A stretch of 26,595 nucleotides of DNA. Origin: a virus. Location: IMG/VR virus record IMGVR_UViG_3300043812_000021, positions 70,099 through 96,693 of that record; one strand, 5' to 3'. Positions 1 through 9,809 of this stretch are shown in pieces. The translations under genes were made by a program, and so were the position numbers. Each line of letters starts with the position of its first letter. Within the stretch, counting starts at the first letter, position 1. The notes below the pieces were generated by a model. It ran no database searches. It saw nothing but the letters and a program-made list of their open reading frames with translations, and was not told where the DNA came from.

Positions 1-255
1 CCAACTAATACTTCTAATGTTAATGTTAAAGCAGAAAGTAAAGACGAAGATATTGCCCTCGCTAAGTATAATAGTCAACGGGGTACTTATGATATTAACT
101 TTGTAAAAGAAGGAGAAACAGATATTGTATTTACTGCTTTAGACGGTGGCGGAGCTACTTTTGACCTATCTGTAGAAGTAAGACCTAAACCAGAAGCCCC
201 AGAAGAAGTAACTGTAGTTAGCAAGAATAATTCAGCTACAATTAAAGTAAATTAG
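1..255 (+). CDS. Ig-like (Big_2-type) domain virion/tail-associated protein, 5'-truncated by window edge
   Basis: Open frame 1 to TAG at 253-255 (PTNTSNVNVKAESKDEDIA...FVKEGETDIVFTALDGGGATFDLSVEV) aligns by eye with the Ig domain of 270..878 (PSDATNNTVSAVSADESIA...LVKAGRTTFNWTSADGGAKLTQNVEV). Not in the ORF track. Confidence 0.7.
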   Translation, partial: PTNTSNVNVKAESKDEDIALAKYNSQRGTYDINFVKEGETDIVFTALDGGGATFDLSVEVRPKPEAPEEVTVVSKNNSATIKVN

Positions 256-269
256 GAGGGTACGAGTAA

Positions 270-878
270 ATGGAAGATAGAACAAACGAACACTTAGTAA
301 TTTATGACAAAGATAATAGAGTAATTGCTACTGGAGAAAAGGGAGCTAAACAGGTAGAGATTACTGATTTAATTCCTAATACTGATTATTCAGACGGTTC
401 ATACACAGTAGCTTGGGTTAAGGAAAATGGAGATACTAGCGATAAAATTAGTGTGCCAGATTTTAAGACTTTAGCTATTCTAATGGAAAGTTTCACCTTA
501 GCTCCAGATACTATTACAGGTACCGAGGGTGACGACTTAAATGTTACAGTTACTAACATTAATCCAAGTGATGCTACTAATAATACTGTTAGTGCTGTTA
601 GTGCAGATGAAAGTATTGCTACTATTAAGTGGGATGACGCTAAGCACGCATTTTCTGCTCATCTAGTTAAAGCGGGTAGAACTACCTTTAATTGGACATC
701 AGCAGACGGTGGGGCTAAGTTAACCCAAAATGTAGAAGTTACAGCTAAACCCGCCCCTGCTCCAGAACCAGCCTCTAGTCAACCAGCAGAAAGTAATGAG
801 CCTACATCAGCTACTCCAGCAAGCCCAGCTTCTAGCCCTGCCAGTTCAGCTACTCCAGCAAGCCCAGCTTCAGTATAA
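270..878 (+). CDS. FN3-like + Ig-like (Big_2) virion decoration/tail protein with Pro/Ala/Ser-rich tail
   Basis: RBS GGAGG; N-terminal module (VEITDLIPNTDYSDGSYTVAW...SDKISVPDFKT) of the kind found in small 'major tail' proteins of Twort-like phages; Big_2-like motif; SATPASPAS repeated at C-terminus. Confidence 0.75.
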   Translation: MEDRTNEHLVIYDKDNRVIATGEKGAKQVEITDLIPNTDYSDGSYTVAWVKENGDTSDKISVPDFKTLAILMESFTLAPDTITGTEGDDLNVTVTNINPSDATNNTVSAVSADESIATIKWDDAKHAFSAHLVKAGRTTFNWTSADGGAKLTQNVEVTAKPAPAPEPASSQPAESNEPTSATPASPASSPASSATPASPASV

Positions 879-899
879 GGTTAAAGAGTGAGGTAACTA

Positions 900-1151
900 A
901 TGGATAATCAAGGACTACAATTACTCTTATTTAAGAACGGTCGCTTGGTTAATGTGGGGCAAGGTAATACGGTTACTCTTGTCACTAAAGAAAACGTTAA
1001 AGCTGGGGATTATAAAGTAGCCTTTAGTGACGGTATTAATAGGTCTGAATTAGTAGACGTACCAGAAATTATCTTAAATAAGGCAATTGAAAAACCAACA
1101 AATATTAAAGTAGTCGCAAGCAGTAAGAGAACAACAATTAGCGCAGAATAG
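900..1151 (+). CDS. small FN3-like tail-associated protein
   Basis: RBS GAGGT; GDYKVAFSDG...SELVDVPE motif paralogous to neighbours. Confidence 0.65.
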   Translation: MDNQGLQLLLFKNGRLVNVGQGNTVTLVTKENVKAGDYKVAFSDGINRSELVDVPEIILNKAIEKPTNIKVVASSKRTTISAE

Positions 1152-1164
1152 AGGGATTTAAAAC

Positions 1165-1377
1165 ATGGATAACGGACAAGGATTAATCTTAGAAGTGTTT
1201 AACCAAGCCGGTAGCTTAGTAGCTCAAGGTGATATTGGTAAGAACACTGTAGATATTAAAGGCTTAAAAGCTGGTCAAGCAGTTAAAGAAGGGGAATATA
1301 CAGTAGCCTACACAGATGGTAAAGTCATCGGTGATACTGCTAAAGTTCCTGCTTTCAACGTTCAAGCAAGTAAATAA
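1165..1377 (+). CDS. small FN3-like tail-associated protein
   Basis: RBS GAGGG; VDIKGLKAG...GEYTVAYTDG...VPAF motif paralogous to 270..878 N-terminus. Confidence 0.65.
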   Translation: MDNGQGLILEVFNQAGSLVAQGDIGKNTVDIKGLKAGQAVKEGEYTVAYTDGKVIGDTAKVPAFNVQASK

Positions 1378-1382
1378 TCAAT

Positions 1383-1416
1383 AAAAGGGGTTATTAATTT
1401 AACCTCTTTTATTTTT
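1383..1416 (+). terminator. intrinsic terminator
   Basis: AAAAGGGGTTA/TAACCTCTTTT stem followed by T-rich tract after the Ig-like cluster. Confidence 0.7.
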
Positions 1417-1433
1417 GCCCCTTGTACAAAAAC

Positions 1434-1463
1434 AGTTGAATATTTAACTAAAAGTGTTATACT
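1434..1463 (+). promoter_or_regulatory. sigma-A-like promoter with overlapping palindrome
   Basis: TTGAAT-16-TATACT with extended -10 TG; near-identical copy on the minus strand at ~23577-23625. Confidence 0.6.
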
Positions 1464-1493
1464 TAAAATATAAAAGAGAAAGGATGTGTAATA

Positions 1494-2393
1494 ATGGCTA
1501 AAAAACCTGTTATTATTTATTATCATACAGACAGAATAAGCTATTTAGCTGGATTACTAGCTAAAGCCTATTACCTTAATAAGGGATATAAGGTTGATAT
1601 GTATTCTATTAGTTATCTAAGTCAATTAGAGGGTATTACTCCCCAACAGCCTGTTAAAATCATTTTGATTGGAATTGCTTTATCGCCACAAGCTAACCTA
1701 TCTAGTTTAGCAGGTCAAGAGTTTATTTCTTTTAATCCTTATTGGACAAATTATGAAAAAACTGTTAAAAATATCTCAAATTGTAGTATAATATGTGAAG
1801 GGTATGGTTTTAGTTATTACTCTGATGATATGAGACCTAACGTTTTAGCAATGGTATCTTACTTTACAGGAATTTTACCAATTCTATTTGACCAAGAACA
1901 CAATAAATCATATAACTTGATTGATGAACTGGATAAATTAGAATATGGACTAAAAATCCCTGACCTAGATACTAAAGACGTTTATAATTTTATTAACACT
2001 AAGGTTGTAGTTAATACTCATTTTTACATACAATCTAATAAACTTCATTACTATATGCCTAAAGTGATTAATATGTATACTAAACCAGATAGTACAATGA
2101 TTAAGTATTATGACACTTATATTGTTATTGCTAGAGAAGAAGGAGACTATCGTAAGTCTCGCTTCGTATTAGGTCAATACCAGCAAGCTGATGTATTGGT
2201 TACGTTTGATATTAAAGCTTCGAAGAATTCAGTCGCTAAGTACCTAGTGTTACATCCTAGTGCTTACAATAATGAAAAACTCAAAGAATTCTTGACAAAT
2301 AATACTTTTATACCTAAACAGCCAATTAGCAAAGTCGGCTATGCTGTATCAGAGATTAACTTAAAAAACCTATTACTTAATTCGTTAGAGTAA
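1494..2393 (+). CDS. hypothetical protein, possibly degenerate DHH-like fold
   Basis: RBS AAGGA; 299 aa; N-terminal VIIYYHTDRISYLAGLLA loosely resembles the DHH motif I strand-helix but lacks catalytic Asp residues. Confidence 0.6.
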   Translation: MAKKPVIIYYHTDRISYLAGLLAKAYYLNKGYKVDMYSISYLSQLEGITPQQPVKIILIGIALSPQANLSSLAGQEFISFNPYWTNYEKTVKNISNCSIICEGYGFSYYSDDMRPNVLAMVSYFTGILPILFDQEHNKSYNLIDELDKLEYGLKIPDLDTKDVYNFINTKVVVNTHFYIQSNKLHYYMPKVINMYTKPDSTMIKYYDTYIVIAREEGDYRKSRFVLGQYQQADVLVTFDIKASKNSVAKYLVLHPSAYNNEKLKEFLTNNTFIPKQPISKVGYAVSEINLKNLLLNSLE

Positions 2394-2401
2394 GGGAAGG
2401 T

Positions 2402-3892
2402 TTGCTAATCAATACAAAGCTTGTATATGCAATTTTAGGTGATATTGCTCGTAAATTTAATAACCAAGTTTCTCTTGGTATCATTAACTCTTATTTAAGA
2501 GACTATAGTCAAAAAACAATCAACTCTAAAGACCTAGATCAATTCATTAGTAACCTATCTGATAAAGATAGTAGCGCTCATAAAGTATATATGAGTGTTA
2601 AAGAGGGTAGTGAAACTATTGAATCTGTTCTAGGTTTAACTTCTTCTCCAGTTAAAGTTCATTATGTTAATACTAGAGATGAAGTTTTGTCTATCCCTAC
2701 AACGGAATTGGATAAGGTTGTTATGATTGTTCGAGAATTAGAAAATGCTAGTCCTAGTAAATCTGTTTCATGGCGTAAGGTTAGAGCCAAGGCTAAAGAA
2801 TTAGATTTAGTCTTCTCACCAAGTAAAGACTTTAAAGAATTAGTCATGAGACGTAAGGACGAATTAGAGCAATCGCCTAGACAAGAGCTTTCAGCAACAG
2901 AACAACAATTTGTTAATAAAGCTTTTGGTAGTGAATTAGGCGAATACCAGATTAAGAAACGGGAATTACAAAATAAAAATCGTGAGCTTAATAAACTACA
3001 ACGTAAACTTACGGATCAAACAATTTTTAGTCGAGAACTAATTAAGAGTATTAGTAAGCCTCGAGTTATTCGTACTAATAGATATGTAAAAGATAATCTT
3101 AATACAAATAAGAATGATACTTTAATCGTCATTACTTCTGACTGGCACATTGGAGCTAAAGTAGAGCTTAAGAATAATGAATACAGCTATGCAATTGCTC
3201 AGCAACGTTTAGACAAATACATTCAAGCTATTTGTCGGGCTGTTCAATTATATAAGCCAAGCAATATTAAGATTATTAACCTAGGTGACTTAATTGAAAA
3301 TTCCCAGATGAGACAAAACCAAGGTTACTACACTGAATTTGAATTGTCTAATCAGATTGTTAAGGCTACCGAATTACAAGATAGTTTCTTATCCAGCTTA
3401 GCGATTAGTTTTCCTAATATTCAATTTGAATTTACTGAATTGGCAGGTAATCATGATCGCTTTGCTCCTAATAAAAAAGATCAACTCTATGGTGATAGTG
3501 TTGCTGTAGTAGCACGAGAATTAACTAAGAGCTTTAAAAATACTAATAAAGCAATGACTAATTTTAAAGTCATTAATCCAGATACAGAATACCGTCATAT
3601 TGTTAATGTGCAAGGTCATAATTTAGCTTTTGTTCATGGAGATTTAGATAAGGTTAATGACAACAACTGTCTTGCTAAGGTTGGAGCATTTGAACATACT
3701 ACTTTAGACGCATTGGTAGGAGGTCATTTACATTCATTAATGATTAAAGAAAATAATGGGCTAGTAGTTCAGTCAGGGTCGCTGATTGGTCCTACAGAAT
3801 ACAGCGATCGACTAGGGTGCTATGCTTCTGCTAGTCAAGTAATGTTAAATGTTACTCCAGAAACAATTACACCATTGGTAGTAAACCTATAA
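2402..3892 (+). CDS. calcineurin-like metallophosphoesterase (nuclease-like) with N-terminal coiled coil
   Basis: All five motifs present: SDWHIG, LGDLIE, AGNHDR, VHGD, GGHLH; TTG start after GGAAGG. Confidence 0.88.
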   Translation: MLINTKLVYAILGDIARKFNNQVSLGIINSYLRDYSQKTINSKDLDQFISNLSDKDSSAHKVYMSVKEGSETIESVLGLTSSPVKVHYVNTRDEVLSIPTTELDKVVMIVRELENASPSKSVSWRKVRAKAKELDLVFSPSKDFKELVMRRKDELEQSPRQELSATEQQFVNKAFGSELGEYQIKKRELQNKNRELNKLQRKLTDQTIFSRELIKSISKPRVIRTNRYVKDNLNTNKNDTLIVITSDWHIGAKVELKNNEYSYAIAQQRLDKYIQAICRAVQLYKPSNIKIINLGDLIENSQMRQNQGYYTEFELSNQIVKATELQDSFLSSLAISFPNIQFEFTELAGNHDRFAPNKKDQLYGDSVAVVARELTKSFKNTNKAMTNFKVINPDTEYRHIVNVQGHNLAFVHGDLDKVNDNNCLAKVGAFEHTTLDALVGGHLHSLMIKENNGLVVQSGSLIGPTEYSDRLGCYASASQVMLNVTPETITPLVVNL

Positions 3893-3899
3893 AATAAGT

Positions 3900-3953
3900 A
3901 AACCTCACTATTTATTAGCTATAATGAAGTTAATAAATTTAGTGAGGTTTTTA
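3900..3953 (+). terminator. long hairpin / intrinsic terminator
   Basis: AAACCTCACTA...TAGTGAGGTTT with inner TTTATTA/TAATAAA pairing. Confidence 0.65.
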
Positions 3954-3958
3954 ATTTA

Positions 3959-4591
3959 ATGAAAGATAATAAAATTATGAGTATTCCATATGATAAATTA
4001 ATTAACAGATTTCATTGGTCTTTTGGTCTATTAATTGCATTATTTACATTACTAATTATTGCCATTGTTACTGGGTGTACTATACCTATGTGGGGTATTT
4101 GGGCTTGGCTAGTCCTCTTAGTTGTTGGTATAGTTGTGCTAGGTGAAACAATGTATAACTTGGGACAACAAGAGCTATTTTATAACTATGACGAATTAGT
4201 GGTAAGTCGTCTAAACGAAAAAGGTGAAAAGGAAGTTATGTTCTTGTCTAATACTGAGAACTTAGCAGACCTATACGAAGAATTCGGCAATAATAAAAAA
4301 TCAAATGAATTACAAAAGTTAGAAGCACAGCATTTAATTGATAGTAAGATTATTCAAGGGTTCCAACGGGAAAATAATTGTATTAGTGGTGCTTACTACT
4401 TATTAACTAATGATAACCAACTATTCTGGTCTGATGATCTTAATGCTGTTCTTACTTTTTCTAGTAAAGACTCTGCCCAAGCTTATGTTAATGAACACAT
4501 TAAAGACTTCGATGGTAAAATTATGAATTTACCTATTGCCTTAGACGGTGAAGTAAAAACAGAGGACAATAAAGAGGTGATAACAGACTAA
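3959..4591 (+). CDS. membrane protein (2 N-terminal TM helices)
   Basis: RBS GAGG; two hydrophobic stretches at residues ~20-62. Confidence 0.75.
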   Translation: MKDNKIMSIPYDKLINRFHWSFGLLIALFTLLIIAIVTGCTIPMWGIWAWLVLLVVGIVVLGETMYNLGQQELFYNYDELVVSRLNEKGEKEVMFLSNTENLADLYEEFGNNKKSNELQKLEAQHLIDSKIIQGFQRENNCISGAYYLLTNDNQLFWSDDLNAVLTFSSKDSAQAYVNEHIKDFDGKIMNLPIALDGEVKTEDNKEVITD

Positions 4592-4962
4592 TGATACAAT
4601 ATTGTATAATTACTTATATTATAGTTGAAATCTTTGAAGGTATCTCTGCTTATACTAATATTAGACAAGATAAGCAAAACATAACCAGATTCCAAAGAAA
4701 CGTTTACAGTGTTAGTATCTTAATCTCTTATACCTTAACCATTCTATTAGGAGTACTTGGTATATACGGTGTATACACGTACTTGGGATTAGAAAATGAA
4801 GTTGCTTTTATTATTGGCTTAATTTTAGCTTTCTGGGTAAGAGATATTATTGACTCTGTAATCGTCCGTAAGTTTATCGCTTATCAGTATAAAGCTAGAC
4901 TTAAATATTATGAACATAAAGTAATGGGTGATAAGAATGAACGAACTGGAAAAGATGCTTGA
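4591..4962 (+). CDS. membrane protein (~3 TM)
   Basis: TAATG coupling with upstream gene; RBS GAGGTG; hydrophobic segments. Confidence 0.75.
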   Translation: MIQYCIITYIIVEIFEGISAYTNIRQDKQNITRFQRNVYSVSILISYTLTILLGVLGIYGVYTYLGLENEVAFIIGLILAFWVRDIIDSVIVRKFIAYQYKARLKYYEHKVMGDKNERTGKDA

Positions 4963-5497
4963 TGTACAATCAGGCGTTGTTATTGTTGATAATGAGCCTT
5001 ATTACTATATAGACTTAATCCAAGGTGACGATGGTAAATTAGTAATTGCCTATGAACTAGGTACTAAAGGAATTGAACTTTATAAGCAAACTAAGGACCC
5101 AAACGTATTGTTTAAGAAGCGAATGCTAGTAGAGACTAAGGAAAAGCCTTATGAGGGAACAAGCTTAGCTCAACACCTCAATAATAAGCGTAAGTTAAAA
5201 GTTAAACGTAAATTCAACTACTTGCCAGCTATTTTTACTACTCCAGTCATTAGGGGTACTGATACAGTTACCGGTAATTGGGGCTTAGGTTTCCCCGAAA
5301 TGCACAAAAAAGTGTTAGTAGGACCAAAGACAGGTAAATATGAAAAGATGGAAAAGACTGGTATATTCATTGGTCTTAATAATGTTAAATGGTTAAAAGA
5401 CACTTACCAATTTGATCGCTGGAAAGGATATATTGGGCCTTTATACAGTACTTATATGCCTTACTTTAATGTATTAACTTCTTCGGGGGCAATGTGA
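4937..5497 (+). CDS. conserved Herelleviridae-type hypothetical protein
   Basis: ATG at 4937 preferred (GGGTG upstream); motif PAIFTTPVIRGTDTVTG recalled from syntenic Twort-like proteins. Confidence 0.7.
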   Translation: MNELEKMLDVQSGVVIVDNEPYYYIDLIQGDDGKLVIAYELGTKGIELYKQTKDPNVLFKKRMLVETKEKPYEGTSLAQHLNNKRKLKVKRKFNYLPAIFTTPVIRGTDTVTGNWGLGFPEMHKKVLVGPKTGKYEKMEKTGIFIGLNNVKWLKDTYQFDRWKGYIGPLYSTYMPYFNVLTSSGAM

Positions 5498-6219
5498 TGA
5501 AACGATTAATGGAAGATGAGATTAAAAACAGTATCTTACATAATAAAAACCTATTTGATCGTTATGGTCCAATTGGTAACAGCTTAATTATCTACGAAAA
5601 GACAATTAACTGGAAAACAATTGCTGATTGCCTACTGTTTAGTAGTAATAAGGGTATCATTGGAATTGAAATTAAAACTGAATATGATACTCTCAGAAGA
5701 CTTCCTCATCAGTTAGCAGATTATATAAGAGTTTGTAAATATACTTATGTTTATTGCCACGACTCCCACGTTAAAAAAGTAAAAGAGCTGATTGAAAGTA
5801 ATCCAGAATTAAGTTGTGTAGGTATTATTAGCTATGAGCAATTTGAAGACCAAGCAATTACAGGAATGATTAAAAAGGCTGAACCTTCGCCTAAAGTAAC
5901 TTTAAGAGGAACTACTTCCATTTTATGGTCTAGCGAACTTAATGCTATCCTTAATGCTAAAACTCATACCCGAGAAAAGCGTAGACGGGTAGAAGCAGAA
6001 AATCTATTTGGTGAAATGTTTAATAAAGATAACCAACAAAAAGTAATTGCCAGTCTTTATATCAAAGGTATGTTAGATTCTAAAAAATCTTTACAACGTT
6101 ACCATTTTGGCAATATCTATACACACGATACTACAACAGGTGGTGAGTTTCATAGCAAAGCAGAAAAACGAAAGTGGCATCAAAGGTCTGTCGCTAACCG
6201 GCGCAGGGTTTTTAAATAG
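5497..6219 (+). CDS. PD-(D/E)XK-like nuclease-fold protein (sce7726-like)
   Basis: IADCL...IGIEIKTEYDTLRRLPHQLADY motif; TGATG coupling. Confidence 0.7.
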   Translation: MKRLMEDEIKNSILHNKNLFDRYGPIGNSLIIYEKTINWKTIADCLLFSSNKGIIGIEIKTEYDTLRRLPHQLADYIRVCKYTYVYCHDSHVKKVKELIESNPELSCVGIISYEQFEDQAITGMIKKAEPSPKVTLRGTTSILWSSELNAILNAKTHTREKRRRVEAENLFGEMFNKDNQQKVIASLYIKGMLDSKKSLQRYHFGNIYTHDTTTGGEFHSKAEKRKWHQRSVANRRRVFK

Positions 6220-6673
6220 TAAAAGAGGATATTACTTAGAGGGTTTCTTTACTAAGATTAATAAAGCCAGTAAAAAGGACCTGTACAACGCAGAAAAGTA
6301 TGGTCTGGAATTGGTCTCTAGGTATGAAAAGATTGACTTAAAACTACTACAGCTAAAAAAGATAGATCAGAAAGGTACTATTTCAACCACTACTGAAATA
6401 TACCAAGTAAGGACTGGGGCAATGATTAATGGTAAACTTTACATTACTGCACAGGTCTTATCTGAAAACTATATTACAATTATGTATAATTATCGCTATC
6501 GTACCACTTCACGTGACTTTTTTAATATTCATGACTCTCTGGATAGCAGAGTTACTCATAAAAACCCCGGTTACGGTAAAGGACGCAAAATAGGTAAGAA
6601 AAAGGTGTCCCGTAAGGTACAATTACACGAGAATAAGCAAGAAAATATTAGACGTAAATACAAGGAGAGATAA
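6107..6673 (+). CDS. basic hypothetical protein (start uncertain; may be GTG ~6143 or ATA 6152)
   Basis: Long ORF; overlap with upstream gene suggests a later start; Lys/Arg-rich C-terminus. Confidence 0.65.
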   Translation: MAISIHTILQQVVSFIAKQKNESGIKGLSLTGAGFLNSKRGYYLEGFFTKINKASKKDLYNAEKYGLELVSRYEKIDLKLLQLKKIDQKGTISTTTEIYQVRTGAMINGKLYITAQVLSENYITIMYNYRYRTTSRDFFNIHDSLDSRVTHKNPGYGKGRKIGKKKVSRKVQLHENKQENIRRKYKER

Positions 6674-6675
6674 AA

Positions 6676-7023
6676 ATGATTAATAAACGGATTGTTGAAA
6701 AGAAAACATATGAATTGATTGATAGCTTGGCTTTTAAGCAATATGAAGTTAGAGCTAAGGACCAAGAATACAATCGCCTTAATGGTTTGCCTACTTTCAG
6801 AGTTAAAGAACCTAATACTGGCGTTATCAAGTCCTATACTGTACAATTAACAGCAGATTTTAAGAATGTTAAAGTCGTAGAACATGGGATTTATGATACT
6901 GAGTGGGGATTCTTGCCCTTAAAGAAAGAAGAACCTAAGCCTAAGAAGACAGCAACTAAGAAAGTTACTAAGAAAGTTACTAGAACATCAGCTAACAAGA
7001 CAACTACTACAGCTAAGAAATAA
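6676..7023 (+). CDS. hypothetical protein with Lys/Thr-rich (histone-like) C-terminal tail
   Basis: RBS AAGGAG; tail KPKKTATKKVTKKVTRTSANKTTTTAKK. Confidence 0.75.
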   Translation: MINKRIVEKKTYELIDSLAFKQYEVRAKDQEYNRLNGLPTFRVKEPNTGVIKSYTVQLTADFKNVKVVEHGIYDTEWGFLPLKKEEPKPKKTATKKVTKKVTRTSANKTTTTAKK

Positions 7024-7034
7024 GGTAATCGCAG

Positions 7035-7241
7035 ATGAAAAAGCTAATTAATAATTGGTTGTTAATGACCCTTATAATGACGGTTGTTTATAGCTTTTTG
7101 TGGCAGGGTATTGTATTTGTTGGTTATTTGATTGGCTATGTATTAGGTTTACCTCATGTACAAATGTTAGAGTTAACTACTGCACTAGGGTTTGTAATTG
7201 GTGCTTCTTTACCAATCTTAATTAATTATCATAGACGCTAA
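7035..7241 (+). CDS. small membrane protein
   Basis: RBS AAGGT; two hydrophobic segments. Confidence 0.7.
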   Translation: MKKLINNWLLMTLIMTVVYSFLWQGIVFVGYLIGYVLGLPHVQMLELTTALGFVIGASLPILINYHRR

Positions 7242-7245
7242 ACAT

Positions 7246-7290
7246 AGGGATTTTGAGTGGTTTTAAGGCTATTCAAAGTCCCTTTTTGTT
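7246..7290 (+). terminator. intrinsic terminator
   Basis: 15-bp stem AGGGATTTTGAGTGG/CTATTCAAAGTCCCT (with G-U pairs) followed by TTTTGTTT. Confidence 0.8.
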
Positions 7291-7308
7291 TACAGTTTTG
7301 TATGTAGA

Positions 7309-7388
7309 ATTATATTAATTTTTGAGTACCAGAAAAAGTATTCACATTTTCATTAGCTTTTGTTCACTATATTAATTTTTGAAAACCA
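7309..7388 (+). repeat. direct-repeat pair (TATATTAATTTTTGAGTACCAGA-like)
   Basis: Copies at 7309-7333 and degenerate at 7368-7388; same motif as the pair at 9809-9891. Confidence 0.7.
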
Positions 7389-7684
7389 AGAATAACACAC
7401 AATTTAGTGTATTTATTTTAAGCGGGTTAAAATCGGCTAAAACTCCCTAAAATGACTATAATTCAGCATATATCTAAGTTTATTGAGTTAAACTATAAAC
7501 AGGGTCTAGCTAGGGCTACGATTAGAAGATACTTACAGACAGTAAGCAAGAACTGATTTTTAAAACAATCCTATCTAGGCTAAAACTCAATTTATATATG
7601 CCTAAATTAGGCTATAAGAGCCTGTTTTAGCGATTTTAATTTGTTCATGATAAATTATACTAAAATCAATTAGGAGGGCTTAGA

Positions 7685-8398
7685 GTGGCTACAGACTTAA
7701 AATCACTAAGCTTAAAAGAGCTTTATAACAATAAGGCTATTTTTAGTAAGGTTATCGGGCTAATGGAACAACAAATGAGCTATGATTATATCATTCGCTA
7801 TTTAAATTCCAAAGGCTATAAAATGGCTAAGGGAAACCTTACTAAACTCAAGAAAAGAATTAAAGAATCACAAGAACAAAATATTCCATTAGAACAGTTA
7901 ATGGATAAGCGAGAAAAGAACTCTATTGATGATGTAGACAGTAATAAGATTGTTGGCTTTACTGGTAAAACTAATGAACTTAAAAGTCAAAGTCAGCAAC
8001 CAGTAGTAAGCAACTCTGCAACTGGTCCAGTAAGTAAACTGTATTCAGAAGACCAAGCCTTGGAAATGATTATTAATAAGGGTATAAAAACTATTGAGGA
8101 GTCTGAATTTATTGACCCTAAAACATTAATGAGTGCCCTAAGTCTTCATGCTAAATACTTCGGTAGCAGAACAAGAGGTTTGACTGCGGAAGCTCTTATG
8201 CAGTACCAATTAATTAAAGAGTCTGAAATGACTGCACTAAAGGAAATTTTTGTTCGATACATTCCTAAGGATAAACAAGAAGAAGCCTTAAATGAAATTG
8301 ATAAGCGAGTAAACCAGATTGTTAATCAGATTGGTGCAACTAAAGATGGTAAAGAATTAATTAGACAATTAAACAATGCTGGGTTAAGCTTAAACTAA
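7685..8398 (+). CDS. conserved Herelleviridae-type hypothetical protein (possible N-terminal HTH)
   Basis: RBS GGAGG, GTG start; MSYDYIIRYL...LMDKR...LEMIINKG...IDPKTLMSAL...YIPKDKQEEAL resembles a syntenic ~240-aa Twort-like core protein (recalled). Confidence 0.75.
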   Translation: MATDLKSLSLKELYNNKAIFSKVIGLMEQQMSYDYIIRYLNSKGYKMAKGNLTKLKKRIKESQEQNIPLEQLMDKREKNSIDDVDSNKIVGFTGKTNELKSQSQQPVVSNSATGPVSKLYSEDQALEMIINKGIKTIEESEFIDPKTLMSALSLHAKYFGSRTRGLTAEALMQYQLIKESEMTALKEIFVRYIPKDKQEEALNEIDKRVNQIVNQIGATKDGKELIRQLNNAGLSLN

Positions 8399-8412
8399 AG
8401 GAGAGATTAATA

Positions 8413-9000
8413 ATGAAATTTAATGCAATGAGACATAACACTAGCTACTATATGACTAGTATGGGTGATGTTGACGTACAAATTGTTCCAATTGAAAACT
8501 TTAGTGTAATTAAAGTGGATAAAGATACTTACTTTATTCCATTCGGACTTGAAAATTATAAAGCACTAAGAAAGATGGGTAATACTCAACTACATGAAAC
8601 GTTAGAGAAGACGATTGCTGGTGCAGGTGTTTCTAAATATGGATATGATCGTGACCTACTAATTAGTAAGATTGAAGAGGTAGACGTAGAAGACTCTACA
8701 CTTAATGTGATCTTAGGGGTCTTAGAAAATGAATTGAAATCAATCTCAGATCATGTTTTAACCAAGAAACATTTAGTACAGTTAATCAACTTTATTTTTA
8801 ATGCTGGGGATTTAACACCAGACCAACATATTATTAATTACATCCTTGATTTAACACCGAAAGTAGTTAATAATAACATTAAAGCATATGCCATTCCTGC
8901 TCTATTGGACTTAATGAAGCAACTAGATGAAAGCGGGATTTTAGATGACATTATGGATCCGAAAGCTATGCTCAAAAAATACAGTGAAAGAATGAAGTAG
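8413..9000 (+). CDS. hypothetical protein
   Basis: RBS AAGGAG; 195 aa ORF. Confidence 0.8.
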   Translation: MKFNAMRHNTSYYMTSMGDVDVQIVPIENFSVIKVDKDTYFIPFGLENYKALRKMGNTQLHETLEKTIAGAGVSKYGYDRDLLISKIEEVDVEDSTLNVILGVLENELKSISDHVLTKKHLVQLINFIFNAGDLTPDQHIINYILDLTPKVVNNNIKAYAIPALLDLMKQLDESGILDDIMDPKAMLKKYSERMK

Positions 9001-9001
9001 T

Positions 9002-9809
9002 ATGATTACGTATAAGAAGTTAAAAACGTCTCGGGCAATGGCTAACCACTTAAAAAACTATCACTTAATTAGCATGAGTATTAGTCAAGCCTAAAGATGT
9101 AGGTCAAAGAGGTTTTACTTATCTAGTTGCTCAACCCCGTTTTAGTAAAGACTTAGAACTATTACAATTCAGCACTTTTTCAAGTCAAGAAATGCTAGAA
9201 TGGAATTTGAAGAATGACCCCTCTGGTCTGTTTGAGGAAAGTGAACCTCATGAATGGACTTTTCTAAATAAGGTACCCCGTTATTATGAGTATCGAGAAT
9301 TTAAAGTTGATAATCATGACTATACGATTGTTAAGCTTTACTATGACCAATACGTGTTTAACCTATTAATGGGGGAAAGGGAGTATCTAATTACCCCACT
9401 AATTAAGCCTAGTTGGGATGATAAAGATATTAGTCTTTATAATTTGTCTGAGTTAATTAATTTAGGTTTATTAGGACGAGTAACTAAATTAATGTTTAAC
9501 AGTACGCCGATATTTTTTAGCGAGATTAAAGACTTAGACTCTAGCGTAGTAAGAACTACCTATTTTAATGCTTATGGTATTGATATTAGAAATAATTACC
9601 ATATGTTATTAGATACTAAACCTTTAACATCGGTTAATTGCGACTCTAGTGCTTGGAAAAAATTAGACGGAACTAATTCCGAGGAGTCCTTAAATAAATT
9701 TATCAAAGGCGAAAGCGCACTAGAAACAGAAATTACACTTCGAGGTACAGAAGGAAACTTATTGATAATGGTGGTTAGTATGTTAACTGCTACCAATAAA
9801 CTAGACTAA
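9002..9809 (+). pseudogene. hypothetical protein with apparent +1 frameshift near 9075-9094 (or sequence error)
   Basis: ATG 9002 directly after upstream stop gives MITYKKLKTSR...ISM, ending TAA 9092-9094; the 9192..9809 frame is open back to 9078 and ATG 9192 has no RBS. Confidence 0.6.

Noticed and set aside
6374-6381. Possible in-window target of the TnpB guide (GGTACTAT)
   Set aside because: Only 8-nt match with no TTTAT/TGAT motif upstream; expected by chance.
2662-9796. Minus-strand ORFs 2662-2847, 5218-5403, 6571-6846, 6648-6830, 9596-9796
   Set aside because: Antisense shadows of well-supported + genes, with no independent support.
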